A stretch of DNA of 64,000 nt from Planctomycetota bacterium (lineage in GTDB: Bacteria; Planctomycetota; UBA1135; UBA2386), in the NCBI GenBank assembly GCA_965228735.1, contig OZ245838.1, forward strand, positions 1,152,001 through 1,216,000, read 5' to 3'. The position numbers and the translations under genes were made by a program. Under the pieces are notes generated by a model, which saw only the letters and a program-made list of their open reading frames with translations, searched no databases and had not been told where the DNA came from. Below, in pieces: positions 39,801 to 47,632 of this stretch (the first letter of the stretch is position 1; each line of letters starts with the position of its first letter).

Positions 39801-39935
39801 CCCAAGAAGAACGCCAGGAAGGCCAAGAAGGCGACCAGAAAGACCGCGACGACCCGCAAGGCGAAGAAGGCCACGGCGCCGGCGGCGCGGCGGCGATCGC
39901 CGCGCGGCAAGAGCTCGGCAGGAGGCAACGCGTGA
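33870..39935 (+). CDS. uvrA: Double-length (tandem-fused) excinuclease ABC subunit A
   Basis: Two complete UvrA units: four Walker A motifs (GVSGSGKSS, GVSGSGKST, GPSGSGKSS, GVSGSGKST), four SGGEAQR signatures, four LDEP Walker B motifs, Zn-finger CxxC pairs, FSFN motifs; second unit starts at ~36879. Confidence 0.97.
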   Translation: MVTNSKTTPPNGARKPGKRAARAAANGGVNTDSVVVRGAREHNLKGVDVAFPRDSLTTFTGVSGSGKSSLAYHTIYQEGQRRFLESLSSYARQFLGRMEKPKVDLVEGLSPTVSIDQKSTSHSPRSTVGTLTEIGDFLRLLYSRLGDPSCPECGAAIEAWSPEQVTNAIVEQHDGHKVMVLAPVVRERKGEYRKELAEWAAKGFVRARIDGEVRRLDEDIQLERYVYHTIELVIDRLTVEADKRSRLAEAVEQAVQLGEGMVGLTFADGGGEPEFRLFSTLRSCPNGHGALPEMEPRLFSFNSPIGACPECDGLGHTFGFAPELIVKDPDRSIREGALYAFNDDGKLVYGTLTLKHMEKVAAAFGFDLDKPWKKLGKRAQRVVLYGSGSKKFEFKWRRSSSMMSTSGSDRIAFPGIIRHFERVYRPSRARNLDRFRAATPCGECEGTRLTAAANAVTFDGRTLPDVLAQSIDDAAAWIQGLELTGSAAVIGEPIVKEIDRRLTFLRDVGLGYLTLARRAPTLSGGEAQRIRLAAQVGAGLRGILYVLDEPSIGLHARDQERLLRTLEALRNRGNTVVVVEHDEETMRRSDFLVDVGPEAGVDGGEVVVAGDPDEVERSARSLTGRYLRGELSVPMPEQRRAGNAGVLQIQRARHHNLQGVDAEIPLGRFSAITGVSGSGKSTLVHHVLVPWLKRELMGADAGPSHCKSIAGVDQLDKIVEIDQAPIGRTPRSNPATYTGVWTHVRDLFAMLPESKLRQYEKGRFSFNVTGGRCEACGGAGVTTLEMNFLAPVEVVCEECGGARFNADTLAIRWKDRSVHDILAMSIDEAVAFFGEQPKIVRGLRALQDVGLGYVRLGQPSTTLSGGEAQRVKLATELQRPATGRTFYVLDEPTTGLHFHDVAKLLDALQRLVDAGNTVLVIEHNLDVVRAADWLIELGPEGGTGGGRVVATGTPEDLADGDESHTGTALRAIGLGSKRKKRCAKASQNGKNGSGKSAVGRARKLTSIAVRGATTHNLAGVDCDVPLGEFTVVTGPSGSGKSSLAFDTIFQEGQRRFLESMSTYARRFLGRLDRAPVETIEGLGPAIAIDQKRTARSPRSTVATTTEIHDYLRLLYARIGRHHCPEHGGELIAWSPTKAAKKVATDHAGRRAHLMAPIAVPSDLRDDGARAGPWLEALWLEWRQQGYVRAFLDGDEVRIDATRPSAVPDELLLVIDRVAIASADDKGGLTRLSDSIEQAQVAAAAHGGAPAAIVQFADDRERLWFRTAAACAECGFEAPKDPHPRWFSFNHHSGACPTCLGLGEVVLCSEAMLVNHPDKPTFGGAIKHRGAAFTFLTNPEGWYAAVALEVAEKHGFDLDTPWQDLPRAARDLLLRGTGKERHEVVFTKRDARRKREWRMSVAWKGLARQVEEWFHGKGSDEGQSGGDERYRDVMRSQPCPDCAGERLMPGPRHVKVSGVRLPELLAATVDAAAERIERFRLNKTEARIAADVLKELEHRLSFLRETGLGYLTLDRSAATLSGGEAQRIRLATQLGNKLVGVLYVLDEPTVGLHPRDTERLLATLLELRDLGNTVVAVEHDETMVRAADHVLDLGPGAGHRGGRIIAHGTPAKVARSKGLTGQWLRGELVLPAPTERRTPRGHASLRDVRIHNLKGVDVDVPLGCFTAITGVSGSGKSTLIMDALVPALRDQQPIVEVDGEEQPRYQLVVVDQSPIGSSPASNPATYTGVFTAIRELFSKTNLARQKGFTPGRFSFHVAAGRCQHCEGKGQIQVEMHFLADVWVECEICRGKRYNAETLSVDYRGKNIADVLRMEVDEALAFFGNHPKIKRPLQLLHDVGLGYLQLGQPANTFSGGEAQRIKLVTELATRPRAHMIYVLDEPTTGLHLDDVKKLTGVLERLLDRGDSVLVIEHHLDLILAADQVLELGPEAGADGGEVVAQGTPEEVAGVASSHTGRFLAERLGFGSAKNEAAPRRPAKPKKNARKAKKATRKTATTRKAKKATAPAARRRSPRGKSSAGGNA

Positions 39936-41635
39936 CCGAACCGCCGCTGATCGTTCAAACGGACTGCACGGTGCTGCTCGAGACCTGGCACGACGACTAC
40001 GAGGCCGCGCGTGACCGGCTCGGCCGCTTCGCCGAGCTCGAGAAGTCGCCCGAGTACGTGCACTTCTACCGGCTCACCCCGGTGAGCATCTGGAACGCCG
40101 CGGCGCTCGGGGAGACCGCGGAGGACACGCTCACCTGGCTCGAGGCGAACGCGCGCTACCCGGTCGCGCCCGCGGTGCGGAAGCGCCTCGAGGACTGGTT
40201 CCGCCGCTACGGCCTGCTGCGACTGACGCCGGGCCCGGCCGGCCGCCTCGTGCTCGAGTGCGAAGACGACGAGGTGCTCGATGAGCTGCTCGAGGACGAA
40301 CGCGTCGCCGAGCTCGTGGAGTGGGACGATGACGAGCGCGCCACGATCGCGGCCGCAGCCCGCGGCGAACTCAAGCAGGCGCTAGTGCGGGCGGGGTATC
40401 CCGTCGACGATCGCGCGGGTTACGCGGCCGGCAACGAGCTCGCGTTCGGGTGGCGTGACCGCACGACCTCCGGCTCGGCGTTCGCGCTGCGTGACTATCA
40501 GACCGAGGCCGCGGCCGCGTTCCACGCCGGCGGATCGGATCGCGGCGGCTGCGGTGTCGTCGTGCTGCCGTGCGGTGCCGGCAAGACCGTCGTCGGGATC
40601 GCGGCGATGCAGTTGCTGCAGAACAACACGCTCATCCTCACGACGAACACCGTCGCGGTGCGCCAGTGGTGCCAGGAACTCCTCGACAAGACCGACCTGC
40701 GGCCCGAGGACGTCGGCGAGTACACCGGTGACCGCAAGGAGATCCGACCGGTCACGGTCGCGACCTACCAGATGCTCACGCACAGGAAGGGGAAGACCGA
40801 CGAGTTCACGCACCTGGGCCTGTTCGACAGCGGCGGCTTCGGCCTCGTGATCTACGACGAGGTCCACCTGCTGCCGGCGCCCGTGTTCCGCGCGACGGCC
40901 GGGATCCAGGCCAGGCGCCGGCTCGGGCTCACCGCGACGCTCGTGCGCGAGGACGGGCGCGCGGACGAGGTGTTCTCGCTCATCGGACCGAAACGGTTCG
41001 AGGTGCCGTGGCGACAGCTCGAGGACGGCGGCTTCCTCGCGACCGCGCACTGCGCCGAGGTCCGGGTGCCGTTGAGCGCGGAACGCGAGGCCCGCTACGA
41101 GGCCGCGACCGCGCGCTCCCAGATCCGCATCGCGGCCGACAACGAGCAGAAGATCGACGTGACGGGCGCGCTTCTCGAGTTGCACCGCGACGACCGCGTG
41201 CTCGTGATCGGCCAGTACATCGAACAGCTCCGGCAGCTGGCCCAGGTTTTCGGCATTCCGCTGATCACCGGCCAGACGCCCAATGCGGAGCGGGAGCGCC
41301 TCTACGAGAGGTTCCGCGTCGGCGAGCTGCCGCGGCTCATGGTGAGCAAGGTCGGCAACTTCGCGATCGACCTGCCCGATGCCAACGTCGCGATCCAGGT
41401 ATCCGGGACGTTCGGCAGCCGGCAGGAAGAGGCGCAGCGCCTCGGGCGGGTGCTGCGCCCCAAGGCCGATGGCCGCGCCGCGCACTTCTACACCCTGGTA
41501 TCGGCCGCGACCCGCGAGCAGGAGTTCGCCCAGAAGCGGCAGCTGTTCCTGACCGAGCAGGGCTACGGCTACGCGATCCTCGAAGCCGATGAACTGTCAG
41601 AACGCGCCCGCAAGCTGCGGGAGGAGCGTGCATGA
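39932..41635 (+). CDS. xpb: XPB/Ssl2/Rad25-family DNA repair helicase
   Basis: GTG start overlapping the uvrA stop; PLIVQTD...FAELEKSPEYVHFYRLTPVSIWNA N-domain; LRDYQ, LPCGAGKT, DEVH, RLGLTATLVRED, SRQEEAQRLGRVLR. Confidence 0.94.
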   Translation: MTEPPLIVQTDCTVLLETWHDDYEAARDRLGRFAELEKSPEYVHFYRLTPVSIWNAAALGETAEDTLTWLEANARYPVAPAVRKRLEDWFRRYGLLRLTPGPAGRLVLECEDDEVLDELLEDERVAELVEWDDDERATIAAAARGELKQALVRAGYPVDDRAGYAAGNELAFGWRDRTTSGSAFALRDYQTEAAAAFHAGGSDRGGCGVVVLPCGAGKTVVGIAAMQLLQNNTLILTTNTVAVRQWCQELLDKTDLRPEDVGEYTGDRKEIRPVTVATYQMLTHRKGKTDEFTHLGLFDSGGFGLVIYDEVHLLPAPVFRATAGIQARRRLGLTATLVREDGRADEVFSLIGPKRFEVPWRQLEDGGFLATAHCAEVRVPLSAEREARYEAATARSQIRIAADNEQKIDVTGALLELHRDDRVLVIGQYIEQLRQLAQVFGIPLITGQTPNAERERLYERFRVGELPRLMVSKVGNFAIDLPDANVAIQVSGTFGSRQEEAQRLGRVLRPKADGRAAHFYTLVSAATREQEFAQKRQLFLTEQGYGYAILEADELSERARKLREERA

Positions 41636-43548
41636 GTCGTTTGAGTCTGAGAGCGTTGCTGCAGCGCGCGGACCAGGAGTCGGTCCGTGACTGCGTTGCG
41701 CATTGGGTCGAGAAGAACCCGCCTGCGCAGCGCCGGATCGCGATCCAGCGGGCCGCGGCGGCGATGGAGGACGAAGCCCTCGTCTTGCGCCGGATGGGCG
41801 CGCTGCCGCGCAAACTGCAGGACCTGCTCGAGGTGTTCTTCGGCGAGAACGGCGCCGTCCGGTGCGTGAAGGAGCTCTACGCCGAGCTCGGCGAGTCGTT
41901 CAAGAGCCGCTTCGATCTCGAGGCCACGCTCGCGGCGCTGCATCGCGAGGGCTTCCTCTGGCAGGCGACGGACAAGCGCTGGGCCGAGGAGGACAGCCCC
42001 GCGTGGGGTGTGCCCGGCGAGCTCGTCGAGTGCGTCCAGCAGTATCGGCGTCGCAGCGAGCGGCAGCTGCAGGACTCGATCACGCTGCAGGGCTATCTCG
42101 ACGCGCGCTACTTCCGCGATCGCGAACAGGCCGGCGACGGCGACCAGAACGGCGCGACCAACGCAAATGGCAGCGACGATGGCAGCCGGAAGAACGGTCG
42201 TGCTGCGAAGAACGGGTGCTCGGCCAAGGACAAGGCCGCGGATCACGCGCGCAAGATCTACAAGCTCTACACGATGGATAGCTCGATGCGGCAGCGACTC
42301 GAGAAGCTGCCGGATACGCTGCGGACGGTCGTCGACGAGGTGCTCGGTCGGCACGGGGGCATCTGCGCCTGGGACGAGCTCGCCGAGGAGATCGAACTCT
42401 CCGAAGGCGCCGACGCCGACTTCGTGAAGAAGGGGCTCGAGGAAGCCATGATCGGCACGGTCGGCACCCTCGACCTGACCCGGCTCGGGATCCAGGCCGT
42501 CGACCGCGGGGTCATCGTGTTCCACGAGGTCGCGCTCTTCGCGATCCGCGCGCGCGGCGAAGCCAGCATGCCCCAGGTCACCGAGGAGCTGGTCTGCGGC
42601 GGCGACTTCGCCACGAACGTCGCCCGCTTCCTCCGGGAGCTGCAGCAGAGCAAGGTGATGTTCACGGCCGATGGCAAGCTGTTCAAAGCCTCGCAGAAGC
42701 GCATCGCGAACACCCTGCTGCCCGTGCCCGGCGAGTTCCTGCCGCCGGAGTCGCTGCTCGAGCAGCTCTACCGCTTCTGCCTGCAGCGGCGATTGATCGA
42801 CCGCCGGGGCGAACGTTCGCTGCGCCCGACGCCGGCCGGGCAGGAGTTCGACCGCAGCGCGCTCAACGACCAGACGAAGATGCTGCTCGCGCACTTCGTC
42901 GAGGACCGCGCGCTGCCCGGCGAAGGCTATCACCAGGTCCGCATGCGGCGGGTTCTGTTGCGTCTGCTCCGCCGGGCCGAGCCGATGCTCTGGCAGGACG
43001 CCTCCGTGCTGCCGTTTCTCGCCCGCAACGCCTACCTCGCGCAGCTCGACGGCAAACAGACGGAGGAGTTCTTCGCGACGCGCTTCCAGGGTGGTGGCTA
43101 CGCCCCGAGCGAGACCCTCCAGCAGATGTGCTGGAACCTGCTCGTCTGGGTCAAGAAACGGCTGTTCCCGCTCGGCATCGTCGACCTCGGCCTGCACTCG
43201 GGTCGCCTCGTGGCGATGCGGCTGTCGCAGCTCGGCGCCGAACTGCTCGATGCGGAGCCGGCCGGCAAGGTCGGCGGCACGCGCAGCAGCCTGATCGTAC
43301 AGCCGGACTTCGACGTGCTGTTGTTCAGCGGCGACGACGTCCACGACGCGGTGCACGTGCTCGACCGCTTCGCGCGGCGCATCAAGAGCGACCACGTGCA
43401 TCAGTTCCGACTCGAGCAGCAGAGCGTCGAAGCCGGCCTCGCGGAGGGCCTCACGATCGCCGAGATCGTGCAGGAGCTGACCGACCGCGCCCGCGTGCCG
43501 ATCCCGCAGAACGTGCGCTACAGCCTGGAGGAGTGGGGTCAGCAGTGA
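41632..43548 (+). CDS. Helicase-associated (Helicase_C_3 / XPB N-terminal-like clutch domain) protein, p52/Tfb2-like
   Basis: ATGA overlap with xpb; C-terminal LIVQPDFDVLL...LDRFA...FRLEQQSV..GL..G...PIPQNVRYSLEEW aligns by eye with the XPB N-domain. Confidence 0.85.
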   Translation: MSRLSLRALLQRADQESVRDCVAHWVEKNPPAQRRIAIQRAAAAMEDEALVLRRMGALPRKLQDLLEVFFGENGAVRCVKELYAELGESFKSRFDLEATLAALHREGFLWQATDKRWAEEDSPAWGVPGELVECVQQYRRRSERQLQDSITLQGYLDARYFRDREQAGDGDQNGATNANGSDDGSRKNGRAAKNGCSAKDKAADHARKIYKLYTMDSSMRQRLEKLPDTLRTVVDEVLGRHGGICAWDELAEEIELSEGADADFVKKGLEEAMIGTVGTLDLTRLGIQAVDRGVIVFHEVALFAIRARGEASMPQVTEELVCGGDFATNVARFLRELQQSKVMFTADGKLFKASQKRIANTLLPVPGEFLPPESLLEQLYRFCLQRRLIDRRGERSLRPTPAGQEFDRSALNDQTKMLLAHFVEDRALPGEGYHQVRMRRVLLRLLRRAEPMLWQDASVLPFLARNAYLAQLDGKQTEEFFATRFQGGGYAPSETLQQMCWNLLVWVKKRLFPLGIVDLGLHSGRLVAMRLSQLGAELLDAEPAGKVGGTRSSLIVQPDFDVLLFSGDDVHDAVHVLDRFARRIKSDHVHQFRLEQQSVEAGLAEGLTIAEIVQELTDRARVPIPQNVRYSLEEWGQQ

Positions 43549-43674
43549 CCGGATCCCGGAGCCGGGACCGCTGCATCGCATCTTCACACGGCCGATGACA
43601 GCGGCGCTTGCAAAGCAGCCGGCATGCCGTTCAGGTTCTGCGCCGATACTCGACCTCGCCTCCTCGCCTGATTG

Positions 43675-45120
43675 ATGGAACCCGAAACACTCATCCTCGG
43701 CGCCGGACCCGCCGGTCTCGCCTGCGCCATGGAGCTGTCGCGCAAGGGCAAGCCGAGCGTCGTCATCGAGAAGGACGCGCAGATCGGCGGCCTCGCGAAG
43801 ACGCTGCGGATCCCGGTGGGTGACCAGGAGTTCCTGACCGACATCGGGCCGCACCGGTTCTTCTCGAAGAACCAGTACCTCTACGACTTCATCGAGGACC
43901 TGCTCGACGAGGAATGGCGGCTCGTGCCGCGGCAGACGCGGCAGTTCATCGACGGAAAGTTCTACGACTACCCGGTGAAGGCGATGCAGACGTTCAAGAA
44001 CCTGGGGCCGCTGCGCAGCGCCAGGATCCTGTTCGACTACTTCGCGGCCCGCATCACCTACGGCGTCTTGGGCAAGAAGCTCGAGACGTTCGAGGACTAC
44101 GTCGTGTCGAACTTCGGCCGCTCGCTGGCCGAGTTCAGCATGATCAACTACTCGGAGAAGATCTGGGGCATCCCGGCCGCCGAGATCCACCCGGACTGGG
44201 CGCGGCAGCGCATCAGCGGCCTCAACCTCTGGAGCGTGTTCAAGAAGGCGATCGGCCTCGGCGGCGGCAAAGGGCCGAAGTCGCTCGTCGATCAGTTCTA
44301 CTACCCGCAGTTCGGCACGGGCCGCATCTACGAGGAGATCGGCAAGCACCTCGTCCAGGAAGGCGGCGAGATCCACACGGCCAGCGAGCCGGTCAAGGTG
44401 CGCCACGAAGGCGGGCGGATCACCGAGGTCGACGTCAGGGCGCCCGACGGCAGCGTGCACACGTATCGCCCGGACAACCTCGTCGAGTCCGTGCCGTTGA
44501 CGCGCTTCCTGCACCTGCTCGATCCGCTGCCGCCGACCGAGGTGCTCGAGGCCGCCGCCGGCCTGCGCTGGCGCGCGCAGGTCTACCTGTTCCTCACGCT
44601 GAACAAGGAATCGATCACGCCGGACAACTGGATCTACTTCCCCAACAAGGACATCCCGTTCGGCCGCACGAGCGAGATGAAGAACTTCAGCAAGGACATG
44701 TGCCCCGCGGGCAAGACGTCCTTCTTCGTCGAGTTCTTCGCGTTCGAGGAAGAGGCGATCTACTCGATGACCAAGGAAGAGGTCTTCGAGCTGTCGATGC
44801 CGTACTTCGAGAAGTGGGGCTTCTTCTCCCGCGACGAGGTGGAGAGCATCCACCTGATCAAGCGGCCGAACGTCTACCCGGTCTACGACCTCGAGTACGA
44901 TACGCGCCTCGCAAAGGTGCGCGACTGGCTCGACGCGATCGAGAACCTGATCTACATCGGCCGCCCCGGTCGCTTCCGCTACACCAACCAGGACCACAGC
45001 CTCGAGATGGGCATCCTCGCGAGCCGCATGATCCTCGAAGGGCGCAAGTACGACCTCGACACGATCGGGGCCGAGAACGAGTACTTCGAGAAGGGGCCGA
45101 TCTACGAGAAGCGCATCTGA
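43675..45120 (+). CDS. FAD-dependent oxidoreductase (protoporphyrinogen oxidase/UDP-galactopyranose mutase-like superfamily)
   Basis: ILGAGPAGL, GGLAKT, DIGPHRFFSK, FYYPQFGTG, WIYFP, YPVY, IGRPGRFRYTNQDHS. Confidence 0.88.
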   Translation: MEPETLILGAGPAGLACAMELSRKGKPSVVIEKDAQIGGLAKTLRIPVGDQEFLTDIGPHRFFSKNQYLYDFIEDLLDEEWRLVPRQTRQFIDGKFYDYPVKAMQTFKNLGPLRSARILFDYFAARITYGVLGKKLETFEDYVVSNFGRSLAEFSMINYSEKIWGIPAAEIHPDWARQRISGLNLWSVFKKAIGLGGGKGPKSLVDQFYYPQFGTGRIYEEIGKHLVQEGGEIHTASEPVKVRHEGGRITEVDVRAPDGSVHTYRPDNLVESVPLTRFLHLLDPLPPTEVLEAAAGLRWRAQVYLFLTLNKESITPDNWIYFPNKDIPFGRTSEMKNFSKDMCPAGKTSFFVEFFAFEEEAIYSMTKEEVFELSMPYFEKWGFFSRDEVESIHLIKRPNVYPVYDLEYDTRLAKVRDWLDAIENLIYIGRPGRFRYTNQDHSLEMGILASRMILEGRKYDLDTIGAENEYFEKGPIYEKRI

Positions 45121-45809
45121 TGCCGGCGCCGCGCGACAGCTCCGGTCGCCTCGATCCGGCACTCCTCGAGGTCGTCATGATCAGCGACGGCCGCGGCGAC
45201 CTGCCGCGCCTCGAACGCACCGCGGCGGCAGTGATCGAGGCCGGCGTTCGCTGCGTGCAGATCCGCGAGTCGCGCTGGACCGCGCGCATGCTCGTCCAGG
45301 CCTGCGAGAGGCTGCGCCCGTTGCTCGACGCCGTGGCTGGCGTGCTGCTCGTCAACGACCGGGTCGACGTGGCCGCGGCCGGCGTCGCACACGGCGTGCA
45401 CCTCGGCCATCGTTCGTTGCCGATCGACATGGCGCGCCAGGTCCTCGGCCCCGATGCGGTCATCGGTTACTCGGCGCACGACACCGCGGAGCTCGAGCTG
45501 GCGGCCGTCGCACGCGCCGACTTCGCAACGCTGTCGCCGGTGTGGCCCACGAGCAGCAAGCCCAACGCACCGACGGTCGGGGAGAGCCGCGCCATCGCGC
45601 TCACCGGCAACGCGCGGCTGCCCGTCGTCTGGCTCGGCGGCATCACGACGCGCGAAGCCGCGTCGATCGCGCGCTACACCGATGGCCCGCAGCCGGCCGG
45701 GGTGGCGGTGCGTTCCTTGTTCGGCGACGCCGAGGACCCGGGGTTCACCGCCACCCGGCTGCTCTCGGCGCTGCGCGGTGACGGCGCCGTGGACGGCGCG
45801 ACGGACTGA
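45120..45809 (+). CDS. thiE: Thiamine phosphate synthase (ThiE/TenI family)
   Basis: VQIRE, LVNDRVDVA, GVHLG, GYSAH, SPVWPTSSKP, LGGI. Confidence 0.85.
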   Translation: MPAPRDSSGRLDPALLEVVMISDGRGDLPRLERTAAAVIEAGVRCVQIRESRWTARMLVQACERLRPLLDAVAGVLLVNDRVDVAAAGVAHGVHLGHRSLPIDMARQVLGPDAVIGYSAHDTAELELAAVARADFATLSPVWPTSSKPNAPTVGESRAIALTGNARLPVVWLGGITTREAASIARYTDGPQPAGVAVRSLFGDAEDPGFTATRLLSALRGDGAVDGATD

Positions 45810-45844
45810 CGGTCGGCAGCGACAGCCGGTCGCCAGCCGTTGCC

Positions 45845-46426
45845 CTACTCGTCCTCGGGACCGGCCGCGACGATCGGGAACCCGGCGCCGTCGGCTTCGA
45901 GGTAGGCCGCCAGGGTCTCGCTGTCGGGCGCCTTCAGCGTGCGACCACCCGGTCCCGAGTCAATGTGCACTGCATGCTGGCGCGGCGGGCCGTCCGCGAG
46001 GAACGCGGCGTGCTCCGGACTGTCCGCGCGGAAGACCCACACCCGGTCGTCGACGACTTCCACTCGGAACCCGACGCGCGAGCAGAGGTAGGCGTCGATC
46101 GTCGCTCCGGAATCGGCGCAGATCGTCATGCCGTCCGGACCACCGTCGTTGATGCGGACAGCGCGCGCGAGCGACGGGCCGTTGGCGACGAACTCCTCGC
46201 ACGCCGGGCTGTTCGCCTCGAAGACCCAGAGCCGGTCGCCGCGCACGAACGCCGAGTAGCCCGGTCGCGCGAAGCTCGGCTGTTCGACGGTGACCTCGGG
46301 CGCGGCGTCGGCGAAGAGGGCCCCGGCCGGGCGTTCCGCGGGACCGCCCGCGCAGCCGGCCAGAGTAGCCAGAGCAGCCAGACCCGAGAGGGCGAGTGAG
46401 AGAGACAGCGTGCGGAACTGCATCAT
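45845..46426 (-). CDS. Lipoprotein with two internal ~58-aa repeats
   Basis: Lipobox LAGC; GGAG RBS upstream; repeats GY...DRLWVF...GPDGMTI...TIDAYL and GF...DRVWVF...GPGGRTL...TLAAYL; directly downstream of pstS. Confidence 0.8.
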   Translation of the reverse strand: MMQFRTLSLSLALSGLAALATLAGCAGGPAERPAGALFADAAPEVTVEQPSFARPGYSAFVRGDRLWVFEANSPACEEFVANGPSLARAVRINDGGPDGMTICADSGATIDAYLCSRVGFRVEVVDDRVWVFRADSPEHAAFLADGPPRQHAVHIDSGPGGRTLKAPDSETLAAYLEADGAGFPIVAAGPEDE

Positions 46427-46440
46427 GGAATCTCCGTCGG

Positions 46441-47565
46441 TCACTTGAACTTGGCGCGCTGGGACGCAGCCGCCCGGAACGTGAGTGGCAGGTAGCCCGC
46501 CTCGACGACGTCGAGCTGGCCCTGGCGACTGAGCACGTAGCTCAGGAACTCGCGGCGCAGCGGATCGAGCTCACCGTCGCGGTCGTAGTTGACGTAGAGC
46601 AGCAGGAAGCGGCTCAGCGGGTAGTCGCCCGAGTAGGCGTTCTCGGCCTCGGGCGCGAAGATCTCGCCGCGCTCGCGGTCGGCCTCGGCACGCGCGAGCG
46701 GCACGGCGCGCACGGCGTCCGAGAGCAGCCCGATGCCGCTGTAACCGATCGCGTAGCGGTCAGCGGCGACGGCGCGCAGCACGGCGTTGCTCGTCGGCTG
46801 CTGCTTCACGATCGACCGGAACCGGCCGCCGCCCAGCGCATGCTCGCGGAAGTGCGCGTAGGTGCCCGAGCTCGCGTTCCGGCCGTGCAGCCGAATCGTC
46901 TGGTCTGCCCACGTCCCCGTTAGCCCGAGCTGCCCCCACGTGCGCGTACCGGGCTCCCGGTCACCCGACGTGTCACGGATGACGACACGCCCGTCCGCGC
47001 GCCGCGCCGGCTCGGGCGCCGCGCTGCCGCTCGGCGCCGGCCCGCCGAAGATCGCGGCGAGTTGCGCCAGCGTCAGGTCGCGAATCGGATTGTCCTTGTG
47101 AACGTAGATCGCGATCATGTCGACGCCGGTCGCGATGGGCGTCGGGCCGTACCCGAACTTCTTGCGGAACGCCCCGACCTCCGCCTTCGTCATCGAGCGG
47201 CTCATCGGCGCGAAGTTCGCCGTTCCCTGGGTGAGTGCCGGCGGAGCCGTGCTCGAGCCCTTGCCCTCGACGGCCACCTTGATCTCGGGGTAGAGCTTCA
47301 CGAATTCCTCGCCCCAGAGCGTCATCAATCCGTTCATCGTGTCCGAACCGACCGCTCGAATCGTGCCGGCCACGGCGGCGGCTCGCGTGTAGGGCGGCAG
47401 CGCCCGATCGACGCGGGCCGAGGCTTCCTGCGGAACGCCGCGTTGGCTGGCGGGCTGCTGACCTGGCACCGGCGACACGAGCAACGACAGGGCGCCGATC
47501 ATCACGAATCGATCGACGCGCGACCGGCCGCCGCAGGGCAGAACACGCAGAAGGCTGGCGAACAT
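46441..47565 (-). CDS. pstS: Phosphate ABC transporter substrate-binding protein (PstS family); start uncertain (47502 or 47565)
   Basis: GSDTM, GKGSSTAPPAL, PMSR, VHKDNP, GRNASSGTY..F, IGYSGIG, YPLSRFL. Confidence 0.92.
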   Translation of the reverse strand: MFASLLRVLPCGGRSRVDRFVMIGALSLLVSPVPGQQPASQRGVPQEASARVDRALPPYTRAAAVAGTIRAVGSDTMNGLMTLWGEEFVKLYPEIKVAVEGKGSSTAPPALTQGTANFAPMSRSMTKAEVGAFRKKFGYGPTPIATGVDMIAIYVHKDNPIRDLTLAQLAAIFGGPAPSGSAAPEPARRADGRVVIRDTSGDREPGTRTWGQLGLTGTWADQTIRLHGRNASSGTYAHFREHALGGGRFRSIVKQQPTSNAVLRAVAADRYAIGYSGIGLLSDAVRAVPLARAEADRERGEIFAPEAENAYSGDYPLSRFLLLYVNYDRDGELDPLRREFLSYVLSRQGQLDVVEAGYLPLTFRAAASQRAKFK

Positions 47566-47632
47566 GGTTCGGGTTGGCGCCGACCGGCGGGAGCCGTCGG
47601 CCCGGAGCACCGATCCGAACGCTAGGTAGCCG

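Noticed and set aside
37265..39931. Apparent ~890-aa N-terminal extension of XPB (ORF 37265..41635)
   Set aside because: Overlaps uvrA in another frame and is low-complexity Arg/Gly/Ala; XPB homology starts at GTG 39932.
41569..45162. 1197-aa antisense ORF spanning two genes
   Set aside because: Antisense shadow of well-supported plus-strand genes.
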